Source of the DNA: Catajapyx aquilonaris | Lineage: Eukaryota | Reading direction: 5' to 3' | NCBI GenBank assembly: GCA_000934665.2 | Contig: KZ538914.1 | Coordinates: forward strand, 1 to 40,691 | Length of the DNA stretch: 40,691 nt | Shown here: piece after piece, positions 20,401 to 32,757 of the stretch | Layout of the letters: the number at the start of each line of letters is the position of its first letter | Numbering within the stretch: the first letter of the stretch is position 1 | The notes under the pieces: generated by a model | Database searches by the model: none | The model's input: the letters and a program-made list of their open reading frames with translations, nothing else | What the model was told of the DNA's origin: nothing | Made by a program: the position numbers and the translations under genes

Positions 20401-22482
20401 TATTTCCTTTGGATGCTCTCCTTCAGCAATCCGTACCATCCACAAGAATTTGTTGATGTCGTCACCTGAGTAGCCAATCAACCCTCCAAAAATGACCAGA
20501 ACATAGTCTACATCTAGGGTGCGCATTACTTCATAGGCGCGGCTCTCGTTAGCAGCCATGGCCTTTCCCACTAGAGCTATGTGAGAGTTGTTCCAAGTGT
20601 TGTTGTCCACTAATGTAGTCCTGTTACCCATGCCAGCTATCTGATATCCATAATCCCACCAAGACATCACTCTGGCATCCGGGTCAGTGTTGCGTGAAAG
20701 CCAGCGATATGCTTCCCTGAAGTCATCCAAGATTTGCCGAGAGCCATCCTGTCCATATGATGCCAGCACAATGCTGGGACTAGAGTATGCATTGCTTGTG
20801 ACCCAGGTGCAGTGGACAGCAAACATCATCAAGGTCATCAAAGTTGCTACTACCACGATGCTACGAATGTTCACTCCCAGTCCTTCCGAGTCACGCCGTA
20901 TCTCATGCCGCATCTTGGGCAGCTTCCCTGCCTACATGATGTGTGTTAAATCCCATATAGCACGTGACCTAATATCTAAGACCTACCTTGTCATACATAT
21001 TCCGATTACGTTCGTTGGACTCATCCTCACTGCCACCACTACTGTCCCTAGAGCCATCCCCTCGAGACTTCTTGCCTGTCTCTTCCTCCTTCAGGTACAA
21101 CTCAAACAGGCGTGAGAAGGCAATGGCACTCAAGATGCACACTACAGGTGTCAGAGTCAGCATCAGGCGGACCATCACACCAGCAAAGTACACAGCACTC
21201 AAGGCATATAGCACCACTGCAAGAAGAAACTTCTGCCCAATTCTGCATAATTGGAGAGCATCATCACTTACCAAAGACTCTCTCATCATTAATAGCCTTA
21301 ACGCAATACCACAGCCCAACTGGGAATGTGGGCACAAGAATGTGGAGATCAAAGAAGAACGAGAACCAAGTGGTGGGTTGATGTTCCGAGACAGAAGCAA
21401 TGATAGGAATGTGCACTTTGGCATACCCAGTATCCCACAATGAGTAGAACCTGCAATTGTGAGTATTATTAGCATGCTTAAAGTAAGCAACGTATAAAAA
21501 CATACCTTCCACTCCAAGGTGCAATGACCCCAGCATATGTAAGCCCCACCACAGACAGAAAGACAAGTCCTGCTGACCCAAGTCCAGCCAGAGTGAAGAA
21601 GTAACGAAAATCGGCCCTAGGCAGGGCAGACTGCAGGTACTTCAGGACTGCCACTGCATTCAGCAAGACAAACACTCCTGCAATTTCAAAAAAATAGGAT
21701 ATTTAAGTCAGTGTAAAAACATGCACCATGACAAAGCAAAAGTAAGTTCCTACCAGCACTAGCCATATGTTCGCTGGTGCGCACCGGTTGGAAACCCACA
21801 AACGGCACCTGCATGGACAACAGCAATCCCAAGACGTAGAAGGCTGAATATGCCACGTAAAGACGCTGTGAGAAACGTCCCATGGCCAGCAGCGCAAACA
21901 CATGCAGGGGTATGAGGTTGATGATGAACACATAGCCTCCCCAAGCTGATACCTAAAAGGGCAAGCATTACACTGGGAGTGAGACACGAGTTCAGGGCCC
22001 CAATAAACATCCCCTTCCCCAGTCCAGTGGTGACTCCGCACCATGTAAAAGTAGGAGAGAGCCGTCATGCAGGCCCAGAAGATGGAGCCGCTCTTGATTG
22101 CCTTCACCCACAGGTAATAGGTGAACTGCAGGGCGAAGATGGCAATTCCCTCGTTGTCATAGCTACCAGCCACTGAGCGGCTGATGTAGCCGGGCACAAT
22201 GGCAATGAAGCAGGCGGCAAACAGGCCAGCACCTGATGACCACAGTTCCTTCGTCAAGAGGTAGGTGGCACATGCCGTCAGCCCACTGGGGATAGAAACA
22301 TTGCTTAGACACCTTGCCAAATTGACACTTCAGTTACCTTTCCCCAATCACCTGTATGCCTTTTACTTATCAAAATTCAGCTGCAACCCTCAACATCTAA
22401 TCCACAGCCCAATTTCAATCCTGTCCATACATAATTCTAACAGACAGACACTGAAACACATGCGGCATTCAATAGTGTTGTC

Positions 22483-22529
<47 letters not shown>

Positions 22530-25500
22530 AATTATTTTCAATACATGCTTGACTTCATAATCAAAGCATATCCAACATATCAGAAGTAATCTTTTCCCTT
22601 GGAATAAATGCATCAAAGTGGCAAAACACCCTCACTGGTGATGTACGGGACAGTAACTGATGCTTCCTGAATAACTCACACCAAATAGGTGCAACACTGT
22701 CTAATGAGGCATAAAATTAGATTTGACAGTGACTTCACAGTGAAGTGCATAAATTCAGGAACTTCTTGGGGCTTGCTTCAGCACATTGCTCTCTCCTTGC
22801 CACTCTGTGTGTTGGTGGAAACTAGCAAGCTGGTCAGACATTACCCAATATACTCACTGAATACCCCTAATATACCTGTAGGGGTATCAGGAAATTATTA
22901 CCAATGCTACTAGTAGGCATAATTGCATAATGCATCGATATCCCAGATGATCAGTAATAAACAACCTACATCCGGCCCGTGGGCCCGGCATTAGGTATAA
23001 AGGCTCCAATGTACACAACATAATAAAAATAAAGGTCCGTGCTACATACCTCTGATGAGGTCAGCACTACCCCGGATTATTATATTATTAATAAACAACG
23101 TACAGATCAGAGTACAGTCTTTTTAAATGCCATCAAAATGAAGTTATCCTTCTGGAAAGCAATGATTATGTAGTCAGCTAGATTGGCATCAAATATACAG
23201 GGTGTCCATAACATCTGGAACCAATGGCAGTATTGTTTCCTGATTGCAGATGAGCTAGAGCACTGATGAAAGATGACTGAGTGGTGACAATTCTTCTCTA
23301 TGGACGAGAGGGATGGACACAGAGGGATGTGGCAACAAAGTTCAACAGGAGACATCCAGAGAGGTCAATAAGCCAATTAGCAATTTTCCAACTGCACTAT
23401 GGCTTATTGACATCAACGGATGCCTCCTATTGAACTCGGCCCCCACTTCCCTAAGCGTCCATCCCTCTCGTCAACAAATAAGAATTATCACCACTCAGGT
23501 CATCTTTTGTCAGTGCTGTAGCTCATCTGTAATCAAAAAACAACACTGCCATTGGTTCCAGATTTTATGACCACCCTGTATAATAATAAAATAATCAATG
23601 GCACTTTTGCACAGTTTACATTTATCACTATCGACACATAGACACTTCTGCCTATAGCGAGAATGCAGCACTGTAAATAGTGGACTGAGGATTTATCCTT
23701 GTCATTGTTGGCAACAAGAGCTTGTTTCTTTATATCAAACAACACTTTTACTTACCAGGAGGAGGAGACAGAGTCCAAAAGCAAAGAGGAATGGATGTGG
23801 AAAAGGGAATGTTTACATTATGTCAGGTTATTTAATTTTAATCAACCTTAATTTTGCACTGGATATTGCCTTTTGGCCTCTGCGAAGCAATTTCCAAGAG
23901 AATGTCAGTTGCCTTTGATCACTTTGGATCACACCTTCTCTTCATACAATTCTGGGTGCTACATCTAGTTAATTAAGAGAAAGCCATAGCCTATGCAATG
24001 AACAAAAAAAGAAACTAACTGTATTACTAAGATCTCAACGCAGGGGAGGCAGAGTGGCGCTGCGGTAATGTATGCGCCCACAGATGTAAGGGTCCCGGGT
24101 TCGATACAAAGCCTGGGCATTTTCTCCTTTATATCGTGCATAGTTGGGTTGTCTCTGGCTTCGTCTCGGGTGGAATTCCTTGAGACTAACCACCCGGGGC
24201 AGTTCACAAAATGACCAACAATGACATTGCACTGCACGTTGCACATCCCCTCCCACTCATCCCCCCTTCGCTCGCAGTACGCGGGCGTTATGGCAAAAGG
24301 ACCAACTTCTATGGGCTTGTGGATGCCCTTTGTTGGCAGTGCCCTAAACCCAATGCTTATTAAGATCTCAACACTATTGAACTATGACCAGGAATGGAGA
24401 ACATGTTAAATTTTTTTTGGTCCCAATAATGATCTTGGCTGTTCTCCAGCTGGGCACTGCAGCTGAGAAAAACTATTCTTATCATGGCATAATATCTTGT
24501 AGCTATAAATTCAGTTGGGGAGCTCATATTTAATTGCAAGCTGAGTCTGGGGTGTTGTAAACTAAGATCTCACATTGCAGTCACCTTGACCAAGAAAGGC
24601 TTGGAGATGACTTAGGGAGTTGTTCCTCACCCAATCATTCACTGCCAGTGGACTTTGGCCAGGCTAGGTGCATATTTGAATTGGGAATGTATCTGATACC
24701 ATTTTCCCTTTGCCAAACAATTGGTTGCAAATGAGACTGCTGTGTCCCTTATCCTCCCTTTCTACTTGCTTGTTGCTTACATTGCATTTATTGGCCATTG
24801 GAGATGTGTAGCAATTACTTGCATCATCGTTGCACCAAGAGTCACCATAACAAGCAAAAAGACAAAGGTTACTGGTCACCCAAAGATCGAGTGTACCTTA
24901 GAATGCCAGAAGATATCGGTAACAGGATGTTACTGTACAGTTCCTAAAGTCACACCTAAAAACCAGTTATTATACCTCCTAGCTTTAGTTTCTTGTTCCT
25001 GAAAAAAACCCAAACCTGTAACTAGCCATTACCATCTTTTTGACACGAAAGTACATTTCCAACTTAGGGTTAATCATTTTTCTTGTTTGGTTCACTGTCG
25101 CCTAGCCATTCATGGATAATTCATGAACATAATTATGCTACACCTGCTGTGCCCTTGAGTTTTCATGCCAGGAAACTTTCCCACTGATACTGAAGTGTAC
25201 AGTACCGTTCATATAGAATGGTACAGTGTTGGACATTAATTGCTTCTGCCAGCGACATTTTCCTAAGCGGCAGAAAAACGAATCTTGCTTGCACTATCCA
25301 TTGCTTCGATAAGTTCATCTGCTGCTTCGGAAAATGTCGCTAGCCGTATGACACGATTAATGTCCAACACTGTACGACTCTATATGGACAAAATGTTTAT
25401 TCTGTTCTCAACCCCTGGATCACCTGCATGCTTTTAGGGGTCGTGAGGAAGGCCGGGAAAATTAAAATCAAGAGAAAAAGAGAAGAAAAAAACAAGGCAA

Positions 25501-28500
25501 AGTAAGAAAATGTAAGGGGGGAAATTCATCTCAAATCTACGTTAGAATTGTACCAGGTTGAACATTTCAGTAATAAAAAATTTCGGAAAAAGTCGGGATG
25601 GGGTCATACGGGTCGCCAGAGGTCGAGGACAAGTTGTCCATAGGGTCCAGACGAAATCAGTTTGGGAATAATGCTGGATAGTCAGGATAAACATGTCGTC
25701 CATATGGTCTTACCATTCTTTATGAGCGGGACTGTACTTCAGCAGGGTGGGGCAGGACAGGGGGTAAAGGTGAAATTTCAAAAAGGAAAAGGCTGGGACT
25801 GGCAAGGGAACAACATGGAACAATGTGACAGGGGCTGTTGGGGTGAAGTGGAGGGGTCCCTGACAAGAGGAATGGAGGATTGCTAATTTTCTAGCCTTCC
25901 CATTGGTTCCATGCTGGCATAGCGAGCACACCAAAACTCCAGCATTCAGCCATGTTGTTCCCAAAATCCTTCACATTTTTGCACTCATTGTCAGTCTAGA
26001 AAATGTAAGAGTACATTCTTGCCACCACAATGCAAATGCAAACAAGGGCAAAACAATGCCTGCTGGCATTCCCTGTGTGGTGCAAATAAATTGTGGTGTT
26101 GCTGCTCATACTGCCACATCATCACAGGCTAAGTTTATCATAAACTAAGCCTACGTCAGATTCTACAGGAACAAAAATTCCACCACCTATAATCACTACA
26201 GAAGCTACTTATTTTATGACTTTGTTCCCCTTTACGTCAAACTGGAAACAATGACACTGGCATGTTCATAGAGGACTGCCAGACTGTGCACATACACACG
26301 TTACTTAACAATAGAAATCTTACCGTAAAGGATTGCATCTATAATATTAAAATGGTTGCGATCTATGAATAAGCCCTCTGATTGGTCCACCGCCATATTG
26401 TTACCGCCACCACTTCCTATTGGCCCCCGTCCACTGTTACTGCAACGTATTGTTACCATGACACCTCCGATTGGCCCCCGTTCACCGCATGCGCAATGGG
26501 GGTGGGACCCGTTCAGTTGCATGTTGACCTCCGCGCGTGAAGCTTAATTTTTTTCCGCCTCTCCCGCCGTCATCGTCACCCGGACCTGTCCCCCCATGTG
26601 TCCCGCCTTCACTGCGGGTCGCTGGTTATTGAAAAATGGCCATATGCACTGGTGTAGAAATGTAAGTTCGAAATTCAAACATTACCATTACTGATCGGAC
26701 TGCTTTGGAACTACGCACGTAGGCCTACCCATGTGGTGCTTTCACAGATGGGAAGTACAGTACACCATCTTCGAGGCACTTCTTTCGGTGTAGTGTCAGA
26801 AACTGATGACTATCATCGAATCCGTAAAATTGGACGTAAAAAGGCAGGTTGCAAATCTCCCGCGTTCGAATCAGCACCGTGCCCGATTTAGGAATGTCCT
26901 GGAATGTATATCGTTGGTTTTCCAGTTGTGCCAACTGGCAGGTTGTTTACAGTCAGTAAAAGTTGAGTTGGCACAACTGGCAACCAACAATGCAATCATA
27001 TTACACTGTACTCCTGATTATCCAGGTGTGGATTATCCGTGCATCGCCATAATAATATACACATTTAAGTCAAAAAAACTGTGTCGCATTTTTATCCCAG
27101 TACCAGTGCCAACATTGGTACTGCAAAGTTAACAGTGCACAGTGTGTCCAAACGCGAGAACACTTGGACAAAAATGGTAAAACCAAGTCGGCAGAGTCAT
27201 GTCAAATCTGCCATACTGTAAGAAATTAATGTCTGAACATTGGGTGGAACATATTCCAAATTCAGGCTAATCCGGATTTTAAGCTGTGCATAAAATACCT
27301 TTGGCTAAGTACTGCTTACCCTCATGTAGCAATTTGAATGTGATCTTGAAATATCGGTGCCAGGCACTCCTTTGTTGAGGCCTCCATCACGCATATTTGT
27401 CACGTCATTCATTTGATTTGAAAGACGAAAAGTAACGAATTTCACAATATTTCACTTCGAATCTCACATTAAAGGAAAGACTAGACTCCCTAGATATAGA
27501 CTCACTTCGTTTCAATACCACATAATGCCACATTTTTTCCAAAAAGGGGGCAGCATTTGTCATGCTACCCCGACAAAAGTTGCAATTATGTGCACTTAAA
27601 ACTAAGTGAATCTACAACAGGGGAGTAGTCATTCGTTTGGTGCGTCATTCAAAAGGAAATTTGTGAAATTCACTACTTTTCATCTTGAAAATCAGAGAAA
27701 TATCGTGACCTTCGTGACAAATCCGTGCGGAATGGAATCCATTTTTGTCCAAGCATTTCCGCGTTTGGACACACTGCAGTGGTACGAAAATTCCACCCAA
27801 TATCAGTATATCTCGCCAACGAAAAAATATACCATGCTTTTTCTAGGAGGCAAAGTAAAAATCTATGGTTAAGTATTACTTTTTGGATTAATCCAAGCAG
27901 CATGCTCTCCATACAGTAGTGCATCAACAACCTGTGAATAGCTCCCTTTCCAGGACAATTTTCCGATCATCCAGCAACACCAGTGCAGTCATTAGCCCAG
28001 ATAATCAGGAGTACAGTGTACCTATATGCACAGACCGTAGGGTCGCCCAGCTGTATTGTTGTACAAACATTGGGTAGGCTCGGTTCGCCATCTTCAATCA
28101 CATGCATCATTGGAACCACAGATAGGAGCAGTATTTTCAAACTGCACACCCTTATAAACCCATTGACAAGTTTTTGGCAGGTTTTTGGGCTGCTTCTTTC
28201 TCTTTTTTTTGTCTAAAATGCAACGTAGGAGTGATATTAATAACAACTTCGCACCAAAATTAATCATTTTAATTCGTGGCCTGGTCTTTTTGATTGTAAA
28301 ATGCCGGGGGGGAAATTCATTTACAGGGTGTCCCGGAAATAAACTTTTTAGAATAGTCCGGCTCTCAGAAAGTCGATAGGCCTAACAAGTTTACTCAGTC
28401 ACTACACATTGTTCTTATGGTTACATAATATTACCACAACACTGTACTATGATAAACTCCCAAGGGTCCAGACTTTACCGGACAACCTGTACTGAGGGCG

Positions 28501-31269
28501 CATGTTTACATAAACGATCACTGGGAGCAATGTGACCTTGGCATATACGACTCAACTTGGTGGGAACAGGGGGGAATCTGGGGTTGCTATGGTAGGTGAG
28601 TCATCATCCAAGAGATGGCAGAAGCATATTGAACCGCGTTTGGAACCGCAAAGTTTGCCTTCTCTATTCACATCCTAGGGCGCCAAATTCAAAAACCCTT
28701 AGGACATCAAAATAATTATGATGTACTTAGCCGTCAAAGGGTTACTTTAGTGGGGGCTTAACGTCTGCCTATTTCTGCCGCTAGGCTCAACACCGACGCC
28801 AGGGGGTGGTCCTCCTCCTGGAAATTTTGCCACTCTGGGGATCTTTAACGTGCACTCACGTAATGTCACAAGTACACGGGACCGACGGCTTTACTTCCCC
28901 TCCGAAGGAAGGCGCGCACTCACTTTTCTTCCACGCGGAGAAAAGTCACCGACCTCGGCCGAGTTCGAACCCACATCTTTGGGACCACAGGCAAGCGTGC
29001 TAACCACTAGTCCACCGGGCCCGGGCCGTCAAAGGGTTACTATCAGGAGGGAGGGGAGGAGGGAGGGGAGTATGATGCGGATATTGTTGGATGAACATCA
29101 TTAACAACATGGCCAACACCGCAGGCCCCAGGCTCAGAAAAAAGCGAGAGAAGCGAGTGGTTTTCTTGGCCTGCGCCCCAGAAAAATGTGAGCGAAGCGA
29201 GGGTTTTTCTAGTCACATTTAAAAATCTTTTATGCATAAATATATGGTGCTCATACTATTCTGGTAAGTTACCACATGAAATAAATGTCAAATAAGTTGC
29301 CGATAAAATTTGTCCTCAACACCAGCTTATTGGTGCTACCCACTTTCTCTGAGATTGTTATTTGTTGACCTTATGGCAGGATTCATGGCCAACAGAAGCT
29401 CCCCTTTAACATGAGCCCCCCTTAAAGGTAGAACCTTGACTTTTGTGAACCTTTGTTTTCACAGGCAGAAAAAATTACAAGCAAAAGATATCCCCTAATA
29501 AATTACCAAAGATGCTTTTGCTAGGTATCCTAAGCCAGTTACAACATATTTTGTCTTACTGATGCTTCAGTGCATATGAACCTGTTTTATAAAAGTTATG
29601 TCTTGCTCATCTGCATTCATAACAATGAAAAGCTCCTAGGTACTTGAATCACATTGGTAAAAATGTACACAAATGCAACAAAAATACCAAATACTGTCTG
29701 CAGTTTCCCCCAAAAACAAAAATGGAAAAGCCATGAGTACTACGTGTCACCTTACAATATTTGCTTGCTCTACTAAAAACTGCAACAGAATAAAAACCAT
29801 TTGAGGCCAAATGATCCCACCGAGATTTGAACTCGGACCACTCGACTCAAGAGTCCAGTGTGCTAACCGTTACACCATGGAATCGCACTGGCCTCTCTGG
29901 ATATTACGTATCATGCATTAAAGAACACACTTACTTGCTTGGATTCAGAATCTAAATATTAAAATATTGAAGTAAAACAGTACCTAAAGATCGGGGCCAA
30001 GAACACACAGATGTCTCTAATGTGGACGGGAATGTTGAGAAGTGAGAGCACGTAGTGAATGCTTCCTGAAGTGATCATGAGGCCAGGGTACACTGTGCCA
30101 CCAACAATGCGACCCAGAGGGTACCAGGCCCTCTCGTCAAACCAGTTCAGGAAGTTGTAGAAGCCATGTTGTACCATGTACGCAGTGGAACGGAAGTTGA
30201 ACCTGTTGAAGAATAACACCATGTTAACACCCAAAAATACAAAGATAACACTTGATCAACTTGCCCTTCAACGTCTTAAAACAGTTCTGTAACATTTTGG
30301 GGCAGGGGCACACATGTGACATGCACATCCCTGTCTAGGGGCCATCCATATACAACACCTGATTTTCATCATTCTTAAAGGGGCACTCCTTCAACAAATG
30401 GGCACCATAAATCAGGCAATGATTGGATTTTAATTGTGAAAGCACTTTCTCACAACTTAAAGGTAACCCCAGGGCGCAAGGTCAAAGTTGGCTGGAACGC
30501 TATCATCTATTGGCTAATGACGTGGCAGTACTGAAAGCGAGATCTGAAGAGTCACAGTCAGCTTCACCTCACAACCCTTGACCCTGGGAGAGAATCAGTG
30601 AGTCAACTGCCTCTGCACCTTTGCTGAAGTGTTACTGATTTATCCCCTTGCCTGATGAACAACATGATGCATTGCTCCTGACCTTGACCTCTCTTTCTCT
30701 CATCCTGGGGTTACCCTCTGCTTTGATAAAAACCAATCACACTCCCAGAATTCAGATTTATTGCTTTATTTTTAGTGCCAACTCCCCCACATAAGATAAT
30801 CACAAACAGCTCCAGTCCCCCCCACCCTCTCAAAAATTATGTCATGCTAACTATGGAAATCCCCTTTTTTGTTTTTCATCTCATAAATTTAGGAAATTTA
30901 GGAAAATTTTTGATTGATGTACTGAACATATGTGACAAACAGAAGAGGAGGGCAGGGTGTCATTCTTTGAACACACCCATGGCACGCGATAAATAACAAT
31001 TTATAAGGGCGACACGGTGGCGGAGTGGTTAGCGCTGCAGCCTTCCACCTCTAAGGTCCCGAGTTCGATCCCCGGGTTGGACGGAGGATACTTATGTGGA
31101 TAGAGTTTCAAAGGGTGCTCTCCGTATTCACGTGGGTTTTCTCGGGGTTCTCCCGTTTCCTCCCGCAATTTAAATCCATCACAGCACAGGCAATGATTAA
31201 AGACGGTTATTCAAAAGATGATCCCCTAAGAGGCCTAACACAGGGTATCCATTATTCTTATTCTTATTC

Positions 31270-31316
<47 letters not shown>

Positions 31317-32723
31317 GAATAACAATTTATAAATGTTCAATAAATTTGCCACTAATTGTTCAGGACTCATATGCTTGTCATGGAGGAAAATATTCACTAC
31401 CGCGAGTGATGTCAACATGACACGTGGTGAGTGCTTGCAGTTGGTCGGCAGGTGTGGAACTAGCCTGCCTGTCAGCCAGCTGGATTCAGAACACACGACC
31501 CTCTTGATGTCAGGAGAGTTATGCTCGCGTGCCAGAGGCCTGGAGAGCAAAATTCTCAAGCTGGCCTTGGTTCGAACTAGTCTAAACACCAGTTTTCCAT
31601 GGCTACATGATGAAACATGCTCCATGCTCTCTAGCAACTACAAGCTAATATACCACACTGTCTGGAAAACAGCAGCCATTGAAGAGACCTAAATTCATGG
31701 CCGCCACCCCCCCCCCCCCCNAACAGACATGTGTCAATGTTCTAGGCGAAATATTTGCAGACACAAGCATAGGGTCTTGTTAACTTTTATTTTGGCATTC
31801 CAGCATGACTTCACAATCAAGCATCCACATCATCATGCTGGCATCAACTGTCCCCTAAGAGGCATTTATAGATGCCCAAGTTGACTTCCACCTTTGAATG
31901 GTGATCAAGCATACATGTGTCTACTTGTAGAGTTAAAGTACAGCTACTTTCAGGAGTTCACATTATTATCATTAGCTGCTAACAGGACATCTTGAAGCAC
32001 TGTCTAGCTTGCCAACGAATTGGTGTAACTATTGACGGTAAGGGGCAATATATGAAATTTTTTTGTCACTTTTTGTACAAAATGTCTCTCTGCAATGATT
32101 AACATGCAGCCTCCTGCAACTTATATTTTTATAACTTTAAAGTAACTGTTTACTACTTAGCAGCTTAGTAGTGATTATCACTAATACTTCAGTTGGAAAA
32201 GGCAATCATCAGAATCGTAAACACGGGTATGTCAGTACCACCATTTCCATCTCAATACGAATTCCATGAAGCCTATGATATGTGTGACTCAACCAGCGCC
32301 GGATTTAAGGCAAGGCAACCTAGGCAGTTGCCTAGGGCAGCAGATTTCAAGGGGCGGCAAATTTAGGCATACAAAAAAAAAAGTGAGTGAAAAATTAATA
32401 ATAAATAATTAAGCAAGTGGAAGCAGCGCCGGACTTACTATTGGGCAGAGCAGGGAATTGCCTAGGGGTGGCCGCAAGTTGCAATAAATATTTTTCAAAT
32501 AGCTACTACAATAATAATAGGAAATAAATGCGAAAATTTTTTAACATTCAAAGATTTCGGCGGGGGGTTCCCAGCGCCGGATTTACCACTAGGCTTATAC
32601 GGGGGCGGCCATAAGTTGAAATAGTTGAAATATAAATTTTTATCTAATATAAAATGAAATGACGGAGAGAACTCGACCAAAAAATATTGAGTTTTTAAGC
32701 AGCATTGCGGGGATTGGGGGGGG

Positions 32724-32757
<34 letters not shown>

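Noticed and set aside
20687..21443. Long + strand ORFs of 142 and 151 aa
   Set aside because: Antisense shadows of STT3B coding exons with no recognisable protein features
23045..23075. Hammerhead ribozyme (CTGATGA followed by a stem)
   Set aside because: No GAAA after a stem II and no cleavage-site helix; better explained as the SINE 3' hairpin
26149..26726. Element bounded by GCCTACGT/ACGTAGGC with repeated ATTGG (CCAAT) motifs; possible internal promoter
   Set aside because: The inverted repeat is only 8 bp and there is no consistent TSD; I cannot distinguish an old MITE from chance
29100..29213. Helitron-like 3' end (GAGCGAAGCGAG...CTAG|T)
   Set aside because: No clear terminal hairpin or matching 5' end could be assigned
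31007..31085. SINE heads as tRNA genes (also 24042, 29024 minus, 36685)
   Set aside because: They have A/B boxes but no closed acceptor stem, and they continue into SINE bodies or tails
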